From Minisyncoccota bacterium (GTDB lineage: Bacteria > Patescibacteriota > Minisyncoccia > 2-02-FULL-40-12 > GWA2-44-9): 58,953 nucleotides of DNA. The translations under genes and the position numbers were made by a program. This document shows positions 8,982 to 20,830 of the stretch, one piece after another. The first letter of the stretch is position 1. Each line of letters starts with the position of its first letter. Where the stretch lies: assembly GCA_035583445.1 (NCBI GenBank), contig DATEYD010000041.1, forward strand, positions 1 through 58,953, given 5' to 3'. The notes beneath the pieces were generated by a model that was not told the DNA's origin, did not search any database, and saw only the letters and a program-made list of their open reading frames with translations.

Positions 8982-9344
8982 CTAGCCGATCTGACCGCCG
9001 CGCTCCACTAACGCTGCGATGGAGTTGACAATCAAGCCAACGGCGAGGATCGCGGCGATGCCGATCGCTGCGTTCTTCATAATCTTACCGCCCTCCTCCG
9101 GCTGGTTCATTGCATACCGGATGCCGCCGTACACGAAGTAGGCGACGCCAAGGATGACTGCGACCGTCATGATCCAGTTCACAACTTGTCGGATGATCAC
9201 CAGTACGCTGGAGCCGGTCAGGACCGGGCCTCCGCCGAACGGATTCACCGGGTTGAAGAATTGGGCCAATGCAACTGCCGGAACCAATACAGCCGCCAGG
9301 GTTGCACCCGTCACTAGCACATTCTTGATGGTTTCTCGTTTCAT
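8982..9344 (-). CDS. VirB2/TrbC-like pilin-type small membrane protein, paralog 1
   Basis: 120 aa. Signal peptide ...VPAVALA-QF, then two hydrophobic helices separated by a short charged loop (YGGIRYAMNQPEEGGKIMKN). Strong AAGGAGGTG SD. Confidence 0.6.
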   Translation of the reverse strand: MKRETIKNVLVTGATLAAVLVPAVALAQFFNPVNPFGGGPVLTGSSVLVIIRQVVNWIMTVAVILGVAYFVYGGIRYAMNQPEEGGKIMKNAAIGIAAILAVGLIVNSIAALVERGGQIG

Positions 9345-9359
9345 GGGTGCACCTCCTTT

Positions 9360-9623
9360 CTAACGTAATATCCGCGTGGGATTCTCTCCAATGGCTGCCA
9401 GGGTATTCACGATGATACCAACCCCGAAGATGACCAGACCGCCGATGATTGCCTTGATGAGGGCCGACTTCGCGGCCGCGAATTCGGTGTCATTGCCCCG
9501 CGACATCACCATCCGGACGCCGGCCCAGACGATGAACCCGATGACAATCAGGGTGGCGGCGACCCAGAAGATGTCGACGATATCGCCGATGAGCCGAACG
9601 ACATTTTGGAGAGTGATGACCAT
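9360..9623 (-). CDS. VirB2/TrbC-like pilin-type small membrane protein, paralog 2 (no signal peptide)
   Basis: 87 aa. Same two-helix core (FIVWAGVRMVMSRGNDTEFAAAKSALIKAIIGGLVIFG), clearly similar to paralog 3. Confidence 0.55.
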   Translation of the reverse strand: MVITLQNVVRLIGDIVDIFWVAATLIVIGFIVWAGVRMVMSRGNDTEFAAAKSALIKAIIGGLVIFGVGIIVNTLAAIGENPTRILR

Positions 9624-9656
9624 GTCTAGGGCAATAATAGCATATAGGGCGCAATA

Positions 9657-9983
9657 TCAACCCCCAATGCTTTCCACAGCTCCCTGCACCGAATCGACGA
9701 TGACGTACGCCCCGAAGATGATGACCGCTCCCAGGAGGGCCAGGAGCAACCCTTTGCGGGCAGCACTGAACTTCGTCGAATCCCCCTTCGACATCACCAT
9801 CCGTAAGCCGTACCAGACAATGAAACCGACGGCCGCAAATTCGCCCACCTGGAGCAGGATCTTCACGAGCGCATAGACAATCGCAATGAGCCGGTTATAG
9901 GAAATGCCGCCGGTCTCCCCCAGGGGCGTCGCTTGCGCGAGCATGAGCGGAGCAGTTGCCCACATGCGTCGGAGGGTCTTCAT
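9657..9983 (-). CDS. VirB2/TrbC-like pilin-type small membrane protein, paralog 3
   Basis: 108 aa. Signal peptide ...LMLAQA, core FIVWYGLRMVMSKGDSTKFSAARKGLLLALLGAVIIFG. Confidence 0.6.
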   Translation of the reverse strand: MKTLRRMWATAPLMLAQATPLGETGGISYNRLIAIVYALVKILLQVGEFAAVGFIVWYGLRMVMSKGDSTKFSAARKGLLLALLGAVIIFGAYVIVDSVQGAVESIGG

Positions 9984-10342
9984 TGTCCCAGGTTCAGAAT
10001 GCTGCGGATCAGGTCCACAAACCCTCCACCAATGAAGATGACGACAAGGCCGATCGTCGTATAGAGGAGCGCCTTCTTCGCCTTTTGGATATTCTCCGGC
10101 TTTGCGCCAGCGGTCAGATACAGAAATCCGGCATAAATATAGAGGACCGCGGCAATGGGAATCGCAAGCCGCTCGAGCTGGCCAGCAAGCTTCTGAACAA
10201 GTTGTCCGAGATCTTCGACGCCGAGGGGGTTGTCTATCTTATCCGAAAATCCCTGTGCGGCGGCAACGACCGGCAGGAGCGCGGTCATGAGAATTGCGTG
10301 TGCTTTGAGTCGTCGCATTGATGGCATTATCTTATGCGCCAT
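9980..10342 (-). CDS. VirB2/TrbC-like pilin-type small membrane protein, paralog 4
   Basis: 120 aa. Signal peptide ...VVAAAQG, core IYAGFLYLTAGAKPENIQKAKKALLYTTIGLVVIF. 4-nt overlap with the next gene. Confidence 0.55.
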   Translation of the reverse strand: MAHKIMPSMRRLKAHAILMTALLPVVAAAQGFSDKIDNPLGVEDLGQLVQKLAGQLERLAIPIAAVLYIYAGFLYLTAGAKPENIQKAKKALLYTTIGLVVIFIGGGFVDLIRSILNLGQ

Positions 10343-10922
10343 GCCGTCTGTCCAGGAGAAGGCTTACGCCGCGGATGATGAGGATCCCCGTTGCCGCCAG
10401 CGCCAGACCCATCAATGCCGCTCCTATGCGCTTCCCGATGCTGCCCCCTGCGGCAATAGAGGCTGTCTGCTGGACCGCAGCGTACGAGCCACAGTCAACG
10501 GGACAATTCGATGACATCTCACCGTACTGGCTTTCACAGACATTGTCTTCATCACAAACGCGGCTCCCTTGCAGATCGATCGTGAGTATAAGCGCTCCTT
10601 GCGGGTCAATGACCTGAGCCGCCGTCCCATTGGGCTGATACCGTACGGGAACGTTCGTGGCGGTACCCGACAGGTCGAAGTATTGATGCGCAACGGATTG
10701 GTCGCGGGGTCCAAGAATGATGACACTCCATGATCCGACGCCGCGGGGCTCGTCGCCGGTCGTGAGCTCATATCTTCCGACTATTGGCGACTCCCCTTGT
10801 TGCGTGAAGGTGAACTGGTAGAGGAAATTATGATTGGCCCAAAACTCCTCCTCGGTCACCTGCGCAAACGCGCCGACAGGAACGAGCAGGATCAGGAGGA
10901 ATAAAATGATTCGGAGGCTCAT
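10332..10922 (-). CDS. secreted protein with C-terminal membrane anchor, unknown function
   Basis: ATG at 10920-22 overlaps the upstream TGA (ATGA). Signal peptide MSLRIILFLLILLVPVGAFAQ, Cys cluster CDEDNVCESQYGEMSSNCPVDCG, C-terminal TM plus basic tail. Confidence 0.6.
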   Translation of the reverse strand: MSLRIILFLLILLVPVGAFAQVTEEEFWANHNFLYQFTFTQQGESPIVGRYELTTGDEPRGVGSWSVIILGPRDQSVAHQYFDLSGTATNVPVRYQPNGTAAQVIDPQGALILTIDLQGSRVCDEDNVCESQYGEMSSNCPVDCGSYAAVQQTASIAAGGSIGKRIGAALMGLALAATGILIIRGVSLLLDRRHGA

Positions 10923-12067
10923 GGTTTGAGTATTGCTGCACATGCGGCAACTTTCGGGGCATATTTCCGAGTTTCAGAATATCCGCCGCCGTCTCGTTTT
11001 GCATTACATACCGTATGCCCACGATCATCCCATAGGCACTCCCATTTCCTTAATGGGCCACTTCCGCAGGTATTGGTTTTCCCCTGACAGCTGACGCTGA
11101 CAAGGCACGCCTCTCTCCCGTTGTAGTTCGCAGCAAGGTGCCGGGGATCTGAACCGCACGTTCCAACTAAGGAATTCAGGTAGGCGGCGGCGAGGCAAAT
11201 GCTTTTTTCCCAGTTTGCCTCGCTCAGCAGCCAACCAGCATCGATATCCGTGAGTTTCTGCGTGCCATCAGGCTGTTGCGTAAATATCCCACACTGGTAT
11301 CGATACATATTCGCCGTGCTTGGTAGTAACTGCATCGGCCCATACGCGCCCTTCCCACTCTCGAGGTTCGATCCGCAGCTCGACTCATGGATCATGATCG
11401 ACTCAAGGAGTCCGGCAGTAGCGACGCCACCGGCATATTTCCTGAAGATGTTCTCGTCCTTCAGGAGCTTCCGTATGTTGTTGCACGGTTTGCACGCCAC
11501 GTTGAGGTTCGCGGCTGTACCACAGAGAGGGACACTAGCGTCGGAGCATGTTTTCCCGAATTCCGCTGACATGGCGGGTGCCCCTGCCGGTGGTTGGATT
11601 GCAGGTTCGGACGAAAATTCGGTATCGATCTGACTGATCGTCGCGAGCCCTGCAGGGCAGGTCAGCTGAAACCACGGATCCCCTTCGGTACCCCCACCCA
11701 GCCCCTTGATCAGGAAGTTCGTCGCCGTCCAGGAGATGAGGATGATCCCGACGCCGATGAGGGTGTTCTTCAGATACTGCTTGCCTCGGGAGAACATCAC
11801 TGGATTCCCACCGCCCAGGAGCATCATGCCTCCCGCGAGGACCACCATGAACGCCGCGATGGGACCGGTGACGCCGAACAGGACGAGGTCGATGATGTTC
11901 TTCCCGGTCTGGAACAGGTGGCACGGTGTACACAGGTCAGTATCCGTCTTGCCACACGGCACGACCGGGATCCATGAAACCGCGGACGCAAACGTCGGAA
12001 GAAGGAACAACACCGCGAGCATCGCGGCGAGCATCAATCGTGTGGTTGTCGACGTTGGAAACCGCAT
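10919..12067 (-). CDS. fusion protein: N-terminal VirB2-like pilin module plus C-terminal lytic transglycosylase (SLT/VirB1-like)
   Basis: 382 aa. Signal peptide, PCG..C..C motif and two TM helices resembling the neighbouring pilins. C-terminal SLT motifs IMIHESSCG (catalytic Glu-Ser), AYGPMQL and AANYNG. Confidence 0.7.
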   Translation of the reverse strand: MRFPTSTTTRLMLAAMLAVLFLLPTFASAVSWIPVVPCGKTDTDLCTPCHLFQTGKNIIDLVLFGVTGPIAAFMVVLAGGMMLLGGGNPVMFSRGKQYLKNTLIGVGIILISWTATNFLIKGLGGGTEGDPWFQLTCPAGLATISQIDTEFSSEPAIQPPAGAPAMSAEFGKTCSDASVPLCGTAANLNVACKPCNNIRKLLKDENIFRKYAGGVATAGLLESIMIHESSCGSNLESGKGAYGPMQLLPSTANMYRYQCGIFTQQPDGTQKLTDIDAGWLLSEANWEKSICLAAAYLNSLVGTCGSDPRHLAANYNGREACLVSVSCQGKTNTCGSGPLRKWECLWDDRGHTVCNAKRDGGGYSETRKYAPKVAACAAILKP

Positions 12068-12080
12068 TGCATGCTCCGCC

Positions 12081-13415
12081 TTAACGGCGGGACGACATCA
12101 GCACTGAAACCTTCGCCTCGGCATCTTCAAGAGCATCGCGAACACTGGATCTGCCAAAATTCACCGCATCGATCATGTCGGCAAAGATGGTCTCGAGCGC
12201 GATATTGTCCACCTGGTACCACGAGCGCGCATTGAGCGCCTGCTCAGCGAAAACGCCGATCGCGGGATCCGCCTGCTGCTGCTGGATGTAGTCGCGCCGC
12301 GCCGACGGGCGTCCGGCCAGCCCGATGTAGAAACCAGCACCCTCCCCTGCGGTCAGGTAATGGGCGAGTCTCCATGCGGCATACGGACTCGGGGATCCCT
12401 TGGAGACGGTGAATGCCCAGTAGTTCGCGTACGTGCGTACGTCGCTCGACGTGATCTGTGGTACCGGTGCGACGCCGAAGTCCATGCGCGGCGCCTTCTC
12501 GCGGATCATTTCCGCTTGGTGCTGGTAGTTGATGATCATCGCCGTCTTTCCCGAGGTGAACGCGTCGATGTTGTTGTCCTGGCTGTCATTCCAGGTATAG
12601 ACCTCCTTCTGGGGATTCGCAAAATCCGTATAGAAGGTCAACGCGGTCGCCCCGACCGGCTGGTTGTCCACGGAGCGGCTGAAAGTCGCTTCGGTCCGCT
12701 CGTCATCGGTCATCCGCACGCCCGATTGGAGCATGAGCATCATGAGGATGTCGGTCGAGCGGTTGATGTTTCCCGTTGTCCCCATCGCCACGCCCGAGCG
12801 CGTGATGTTGCGGCTCTGGTCATACAGCGTGATCTTCTTCACCGCATCCTGGAAATCGGTCCAGAGCCTGGGCGGCGTGGCGACGCCCGCGCCGGACAGC
12901 ATGTCGCGGTTGTAGTAGAGCGCGAGCGTGTCGACGTACAGCGGCATCGCATAGATATCCTCCCCGGCGACCAGGTCCGCATAGGCAACATCGACGAACA
13001 AGTCCCGATACTGACGTACGGTCATAAGCGCCGTGTTCGTGTCTGGGAACCGATTCGGTAGCGGTTGGATCTTGTCCGCGTACCGCGGCAGCCAGGTGTT
13101 GTGCATCATGAACACATCGGGTCCCTCTCCTGCCGCCTGCGCATTGAGCAGTCGGCGCTCATAGTCGGCGAACGGGATCATCTCATAGGTCACGTTGACA
13201 TCCGCATTCGCTTTCTCGAAAGCGGTGATGGCGTCGTCGAATACGGCAAAGTCATCGAACACGCCCCATACCAACAATTCTGCGGGCTGTCCGCCTCCCC
13301 CACCGCCGGACTGGCTGATGATGAAAATGATGGCGATGAAGACCGTCAGCGCGATGAACCCACCGAGGATGTAGGTCATCTTCCGTGAGTCGGTCAGGAA
13401 TGCGGCTATGTTCAT
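12081..13415 (-). CDS. ABC-transporter-type extracellular solute-binding protein (family 1), no permease or ATPase nearby
   Basis: 444 aa. N-terminal TM anchor plus Gly-rich linker. LLVWGVFDD..., MMHNTWLPRY... typical of sugar-type SBPs. Confidence 0.7.
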   Translation of the reverse strand: MNIAAFLTDSRKMTYILGGFIALTVFIAIIFIISQSGGGGGGQPAELLVWGVFDDFAVFDDAITAFEKANADVNVTYEMIPFADYERRLLNAQAAGEGPDVFMMHNTWLPRYADKIQPLPNRFPDTNTALMTVRQYRDLFVDVAYADLVAGEDIYAMPLYVDTLALYYNRDMLSGAGVATPPRLWTDFQDAVKKITLYDQSRNITRSGVAMGTTGNINRSTDILMMLMLQSGVRMTDDERTEATFSRSVDNQPVGATALTFYTDFANPQKEVYTWNDSQDNNIDAFTSGKTAMIINYQHQAEMIREKAPRMDFGVAPVPQITSSDVRTYANYWAFTVSKGSPSPYAAWRLAHYLTAGEGAGFYIGLAGRPSARRDYIQQQQADPAIGVFAEQALNARSWYQVDNIALETIFADMIDAVNFGRSSVRDALEDAEAKVSVLMSSRR

Positions 13416-13957
13416 GGCTTGGTGAAGATCAATACGATGTAGTATGGGCCGCCGTCGACTTCCCGATCGAACGTCGCCCCCTGTTCTTCGGCCAATTGCT
13501 GGAACTCCTCCTTCGTCGTGCGGAAATCATCAGAAGGCCCAAATCCTACTGCCCCCTTCTTCCAATCCATGATCACGAGCCTCCCGCCCGGTTTGAGGAT
13601 GCGCACCGCTTCACGGATGATCGTGTCCTTCTTCTGCGATTGGAAGAGGATGTTTGCCAAAAGCGAGAGATCGAGTGTCCGGTCAGCGATCTGCGTGCTT
13701 CCAGCGACCTCAAGATCCGCGCGGATCGTGCGGATGTTCCCCAATCCCTGCGCTTCGCTCTTCGTCATCACCGACTGCAGCGGTTCCTGCATGACGTCGA
13801 CCGCCGCGACGGACCCCGTCGGCCCCACCGCACGGGCAAGCTCGATACTGAAATATCCCGAGCCGCAGCCCAGATCGGCCACGTGCATGCCCGGAGTCAC
13901 CCCGAGAGCCGCGACGACTTTTCGCGTATCCAGAAAACCACCAGGACCGGTAACCAT
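13412..13957 (-). CDS. class I SAM-dependent methyltransferase
   Basis: 181 aa. Motif I VADLGCGSGYF. ATGA overlap with the SBP gene. Confidence 0.8.
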   Translation of the reverse strand: MVTGPGGFLDTRKVVAALGVTPGMHVADLGCGSGYFSIELARAVGPTGSVAAVDVMQEPLQSVMTKSEAQGLGNIRTIRADLEVAGSTQIADRTLDLSLLANILFQSQKKDTIIREAVRILKPGGRLVIMDWKKGAVGFGPSDDFRTTKEEFQQLAEEQGATFDREVDGGPYYIVLIFTKP

Positions 13958-13963
13958 GCCCCC

Positions 13964-13992
13964 ATTCTAGCACACGCAACTCCCTTGATTAA
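13964..13992 (-). promoter_or_regulatory. candidate promoter of the methyltransferase-SBP-pilin operon (possibly leaderless mRNA)
   Basis: On the minus strand, TGcTAGAAT extended -10 (rc of 13964-13972) lies only 6 nt before the ATG at 13957. Weak -35 TTAATC. Confidence 0.35.
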
Positions 13993-14016
13993 GAAAAGCG
14001 GGGGTTGTGCCCCCGC
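13991..14016 (-). terminator. intrinsic terminator after the 84-aa ORF
   Basis: Minus strand GCGGGGG-cacaa-CCCCCGC followed by TTTTCTT. Confidence 0.6.
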
Positions 14017-14025
14017 GACCTCGGT

Positions 14026-14280
14026 TCAAACGACCCTCCCGTCCGCGAAGATCTCCTTCCTGACCGGCGCGTGCTTGGGTTGGTCGAGTACCCAGGTCGA
14101 GCCCGCCCTCTCGAGCTTGTCTAGGAAGTGACGGATCCTCTTGGGGTCCCGGAACTGGAACGAACTGTTCCTCAGGTTCACCGCGCCCTCGGCCGTGACG
14201 CAGTAGAGCATGAACATCTCCCACTGCGTCAGCCCCTCCAGATCGAACGTACCCGGTTTCTTCCCTTCCACGATCCGCAT
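14026..14280 (-). CDS. hypothetical protein (84 aa)
   Basis: ORF with its own terminator. No recognisable motif. Confidence 0.45.
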   Translation of the reverse strand: MRIVEGKKPGTFDLEGLTQWEMFMLYCVTAEGAVNLRNSSFQFRDPKRIRHFLDKLERAGSTWVLDQPKHAPVRKEIFADGRVV

Positions 14281-14304
14281 ATCCCTATCCTCCGATTGTG
14301 AACG

Positions 14305-16776
<2,472 letters not shown>

Positions 16777-16788
16777 CGGAAACGAATG

Positions 16789-17121
16789 CTACCGCGAGAG
16801 CGGCAGCAGATGAACAGTATCGTATTCTGTCCGGGTTTCAAAGCCCGCTTCCTTATCGAACCCGATCAACGACCCGATACTCGCGGCCAGGGAACCGATG
16901 CCCCTGCCGATGGCTGCCAGGGGTTGCGGGATCCGCTCTTCCTGCTGTGCGATGAATTCGGCGCGGTCCGCGGGATCCTCGTGGAGCGCGAAGTACGCGT
17001 CCCGCTCGAAATCCGTGAACCAGGCGAGTCCTGCGGCGGAGAGCACGACGAATGTCGACAACACGAAGAGTGTGTAGCGGACGATGGGCTTCTGCCGATG
17101 GATTTCGTCGATGATGTTCAT
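16789..17121 (-). CDS. hypothetical single-pass membrane protein
   Basis: 110 aa. One TM (YTLFVLSTFVVLSAAGLAWF). 4-nt overlap with the upstream gene. Confidence 0.45.
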   Translation of the reverse strand: MNIIDEIHRQKPIVRYTLFVLSTFVVLSAAGLAWFTDFERDAYFALHEDPADRAEFIAQQEERIPQPLAAIGRGIGSLAASIGSLIGFDKEAGFETRTEYDTVHLLPLSR

Positions 17122-17759
17122 GCCGCGAGTGTGATGAGGAGGGTCTGGTCGACGGGGAGCTTGCTCCGCTGGATGCGCAATGTTTCCTCCTTCTGGACCG
17201 GCAGCCCGATCTCCTTCGTGAACTTCTCGAGCTTCTCTGCCTCGTAGGATGCGCCGGAGAACGCGTACTGCACGGGGATGATGATCTTCGGTTCGATCTG
17301 CGTGGCCAGTGCCGCTGCAGCCTTCGGGTCCAGGGCGCTCTGACCGCCCACGGGAATGATCAAAATGTCGGGGTCTCCGATATCCTCGAGTTGCTGGTCG
17401 GTCAATTTCTCCGCACCAAGCGCGCCGAGATGGCAGATCGAGATGTCGTCAGCGACGATGCGCCAGATCGCACAGAGACCGAGCTCCTTGCCCTGCTGCG
17501 AATCCTGGTGCGCGAGGATGCCCCGGACCGCGATCCCCTTCATCTCGTACTCTCCGGGCCCGCGCACGACGAGCGCGTCGGGATTGATGCGTTCCAGGAC
17601 CGATGCGGGCTGCTCGTACGCGCTCAGGAGCACCAGGTCGTCCTTGATGACCGGGCCGCGCAGGCCGACTGCCTTGGGGTCGTACGGGTCGATGAGGGCA
17701 CTGCCCTCCTTCGACTCGATCCGCACGCATCGGTGACCGTACCAGGAGATATTCATCAT
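17118..17759 (-). CDS. MBL-fold metallo-hydrolase (UPF0173-like)
   Basis: Start MMNISWYGHRCVRIE... at 17759/17756 inside ORF 17118..17792. Typical beta-lactamase-fold N-terminus. The canonical HxHxDH motif appears degenerate. Confidence 0.55.
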   Translation of the reverse strand: MMNISWYGHRCVRIESKEGSALIDPYDPKAVGLRGPVIKDDLVLLSAYEQPASVLERINPDALVVRGPGEYEMKGIAVRGILAHQDSQQGKELGLCAIWRIVADDISICHLGALGAEKLTDQQLEDIGDPDILIIPVGGQSALDPKAAAALATQIEPKIIIPVQYAFSGASYEAEKLEKFTKEIGLPVQKEETLRIQRSKLPVDQTLLITLAA

Positions 17760-17793
17760 GCGTATTCTAGCAGGAAATACCGATATTTTCAAC

Positions 17794-17822
17794 TTGCGTT
17801 ATTGCTCCGTTTCCGGTATATT
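17794..17822 (+). promoter_or_regulatory. candidate promoter of rpsA
   Basis: TTGCGT, 17-nt spacer, TATATT. Confidence 0.35.
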
Positions 17823-17875
17823 CCTCCCTGTCTCAGGAGTCGCCAAAGCGCGACGGAGAGACGTTTTTGTTACGT

Positions 17876-18949
17876 ATGGAAACGAGCACTACCGCCGCAA
17901 AAGGCATGAAGGACCTCCTCGCCAAGGAGGAGTTCCGGCTGCCCAAGACCGGCACTATCCTGTCAGGGTCAGTGATTTCGGTTTCGAAGTCCGGGGTCAT
18001 CCTGGACCTGGGCGCCGCAGGTATCGGGATCGTGTATCCCGGCGAGTTCTACGACAATCCGGACCGCGTCCGGTCGCTCAAGCCCGGTGAGGAGGTCGCC
18101 GCGGTATTGATGGAGCTCGAGAACGAGGACGGCTACCGCGAGCTCTCCCTGAAGGCCGCGCAGATGACGACCGCCTGGCAGCGCATCAAGGAGCTCAAGG
18201 ATACGGGCACGGTCATCACCACGACCATCATCAATATCAACAAGGGCGGACTCATCGTCACCGTGGAGGGCGTGCAGGGATTCCTGCCGCTGTCCCAGCT
18301 GGCGGCTGAGCACTACCCGAAGGTTGAGGGCGGCGACACGACCAAGATCGTGCAGGCCCTGCAGAAGTTCAAGGGCACGGAATTCCGGGTGAAGATCCTG
18401 GACTACAGCGAAGCGGAAGGAAAGCTGATCGTCTCAGAGCGCGCCATTGAGGAGGAAGCGGCCAAGGGCGAGATTTCCAAGCTCGCGGTCGGCGAGATCG
18501 TCGATGGCATCATCACCGAGGTCACCGACTTCGGCGCGTTCGTGAAGCTCTCCGACCATCTCGACGGGCTCATCCATTCATCCGAGATCGACTGGAAGTT
18601 CATCGAGGACCCACGGCAGGTGCTGCACACCGGTGAGCCTGTCAAAGCGAAGATCATCTCCCTCGAAGGAGGCCGTGTCGCATTGTCCCTGAAGGCATTG
18701 CGCCCGGACCCGTGGCTGACGGTCACCGATGTGTTCTCGGTCGGCCAGAAGGTGACCGGCACAGTCGAGAAGATCCGCTCCAACGGCGCATTTGTCGCGC
18801 TCAACGAAGACATCGTCGGCATCGTTCCGACGGCAGAATTCGGCGGTAAATCTCCCGCCGAGGTCCTTGCGATCGGTCAGGACGTATCCTGCGCGATCGT
18901 GAACATAGATCCTACCGACCACAAGCTCATCCTGACGTTGGAGCAGTAG
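17876..18949 (+). CDS. rpsA: 30S ribosomal protein S1 (short, four S1 domains)
   Basis: ATG at 17876. Repeated S1/OB motifs (GTILSGSVISV..., GTVITTTIININKGGLIV, GEIVDGIITEVTDFGAFV, GQKVTGTVEKIRSNGAFV). Confidence 0.85.
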   Translation: METSTTAAKGMKDLLAKEEFRLPKTGTILSGSVISVSKSGVILDLGAAGIGIVYPGEFYDNPDRVRSLKPGEEVAAVLMELENEDGYRELSLKAAQMTTAWQRIKELKDTGTVITTTIININKGGLIVTVEGVQGFLPLSQLAAEHYPKVEGGDTTKIVQALQKFKGTEFRVKILDYSEAEGKLIVSERAIEEEAAKGEISKLAVGEIVDGIITEVTDFGAFVKLSDHLDGLIHSSEIDWKFIEDPRQVLHTGEPVKAKIISLEGGRVALSLKALRPDPWLTVTDVFSVGQKVTGTVEKIRSNGAFVALNEDIVGIVPTAEFGGKSPAEVLAIGQDVSCAIVNIDPTDHKLILTLEQ

Positions 18950-18983
18950 CTCCGCGGCTGGGGGGCTGTGGTACCCTGAACGT

Positions 18984-20822
18984 ATGCGGTCCATTCTCCG
19001 CTCGCTCATCATCGTCACGTCGATCCTCTTCTCGATCATCCTCATCGCGGGCTATTTCGGCACGTTCGCGACCGCCCCGGAGACCGTCGGCATCAGCCAG
19101 CTGGTGCAGATGATCAACAACAGCACGGTCACCGAGATCACCGTGCACGGAGACACCCTGACGATCGTCGGCACCAATGAGGTAGCGTACGAGGCACGTA
19201 AGGAAACCGGCGCGTCCGTGTTCGAAACCCTCGTGAACGCAGGCGTCGACGCGAAGAAGCTCGCCGCCGTGACCATCACTGTCGAAGGCCCGACCTTCGG
19301 GGATACGTTCCTGACGGGCGTGCTCCCGTCGCTCCTCCCCTTCCTGCTGCTCGTCGGCCTGTTCTGGTTCATGTTTCGCCGCGCGCAGCAGGGTTCCATG
19401 CAGGCGTTCTCCTTCGGCAAGTCCCGCGCGAAGCTCGCGGGCATGGGTCCCAACGACCGACGCATCACCTTCCGTGACGTTGCCGGGCTCGAAGAAGCCA
19501 AGGAAGAGGTGTCCGAGGTCGTCGAGTTCCTGAAGGACCCGAAGAAGTTTCGCAAGCTCGGTGCGCGCATCCCGCGCGGCATCCTTCTGGTCGGATCCCC
19601 GGGCACCGGCAAGACGCTCTTGGCAAAAGCGGTCGCCAACGAGGCGGACGTCCCGTTCTTCTACGTGTCTGGTTCCGAATTCGTGGAGATGTTCGTCGGC
19701 GTCGGCGCGAATCGCGTCCGTGATACGTTCGAGACTGCCAAGCGCGCAGCTCCGGCGATCATTTTCGTCGATGAGATCGATGCAGTCGGCCGCCAGCGCG
19801 GCACCGGCATCGGTGGCGGCCATGACGAGCGCGAGCAGACCCTCAACCAGATCCTGGTGGAGTTGGACGGATTCGACACAGGCGATGCGGTCATCGTGAT
19901 CGCCGCAACCAACCGTCCGGACATTCTCGACCCGGCGCTCTTGCGCCCTGGCCGATTCGACCGCCGCATCATCCTGGACGAGCCGTCGCTCAAGGACCGC
20001 GTGAGCATCCTGAAGATCCATGCCGAGGGTAAGCCGATGGCTGCGGACGTGAATTGGCAGGTGGTCGCCGAGCGTACCCCGGGGTTCTCTGGCGCCGATC
20101 TCGCCAACCTCGCCAACGAGGCGGCGATCCTTGCCGCCCGCAAAGGCCAGACGCGCATCACGCAGGTCAACCTCCTGGAGTCCATCGAGAAGGTCATGCT
20201 CGGTCCCGAGCGACGCAGCCACGTGCTATCCGCCAAGGAGAAGAATGTGACGGCGCATCACGAAGCCGGACACGCGATCGTCGCCGCGTCGATCCCGGGT
20301 TCCGACCCGGTGCACAAGGTCAGCATCATCTCCCGCGGACGCGCGGGCGGATACACCCTGAAGCTCCCGTCCCAGGACAAGTACCTCAAGACGAAGTCCG
20401 AGTTCGAGGCGGAGCTCGCGGTGTTCATGGGCGGGTACACCGCCGAGCGGTTGATCTTCAAGGAGCTCACGACCGGCGCGGCGAACGACCTAAAGGTCGC
20501 GACCGACCTGGCGCGTCGTATGGTGACCCAGTACGGCATGTCCGAGAAGCTCGGACCGTTGTTCTACGGCGAACATGACGACATGCTCTTCCTCGGCCGC
20601 GAGCTCATGCACGAGCGCAACTACTCCGAACATATCGCACAGGTCATCGATGCCGAAGTACGCGTCCTGATCGATGCGGCCTTGGTTAAAGCAAAGACGG
20701 TGCTTACCGAGAAGATGCCGACCCTCACACAGGTCGCCGGCGTGCTCGTCGAGAAGGAGACGTTGGAGCAGGAAGAGTTCTACAATCTGATAGGACAGCC
20801 GGTGCCGACGCAGGCGGTCTAG
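18984..20822 (+). CDS. ftsH: ATP-dependent zinc metalloprotease FtsH
   Basis: 612 aa. Two N-terminal TMs, Walker A GSPGTGKT, Walker [31 protein letters not shown], zinc site HEAGHAIV. Confidence 0.96.
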   Translation: MRSILRSLIIVTSILFSIILIAGYFGTFATAPETVGISQLVQMINNSTVTEITVHGDTLTIVGTNEVAYEARKETGASVFETLVNAGVDAKKLAAVTITVEGPTFGDTFLTGVLPSLLPFLLLVGLFWFMFRRAQQGSMQAFSFGKSRAKLAGMGPNDRRITFRDVAGLEEAKEEVSEVVEFLKDPKKFRKLGARIPRGILLVGSPGTGKTLLAKAVANEADVPFFYVSGSEFVEMFVGVGANRVRDTFETAKRAAPAIIFVDEIDAVGRQRGTGIGGGHDEREQTLNQILVELDGFDTGDAVIVIAATNRPDILDPALLRPGRFDRRIILDEPSLKDRVSILKIHAEGKPMAADVNWQVVAERTPGFSGADLANLANEAAILAARKGQTRITQVNLLESIEKVMLGPERRSHVLSAKEKNVTAHHEAGHAIVAASIPGSDPVHKVSIISRGRAGGYTLKLPSQDKYLKTKSEFEAELAVFMGGYTAERLIFKELTTGAANDLKVATDLARRMVTQYGMSEKLGPLFYGEHDDMLFLGRELMHERNYSEHIAQVIDAEVRVLIDAALVKAKTVLTEKMPTLTQVAGVLVEKETLEQEEFYNLIGQPVPTQAV

Positions 20823-20830
20823 TTCCTTCG

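Noticed and set aside
18927-20222. 431-aa minus-strand ORF
   Set aside because: It is antisense to ftsH, which has unmistakable motifs. The composition is again a GC-rich artefact.
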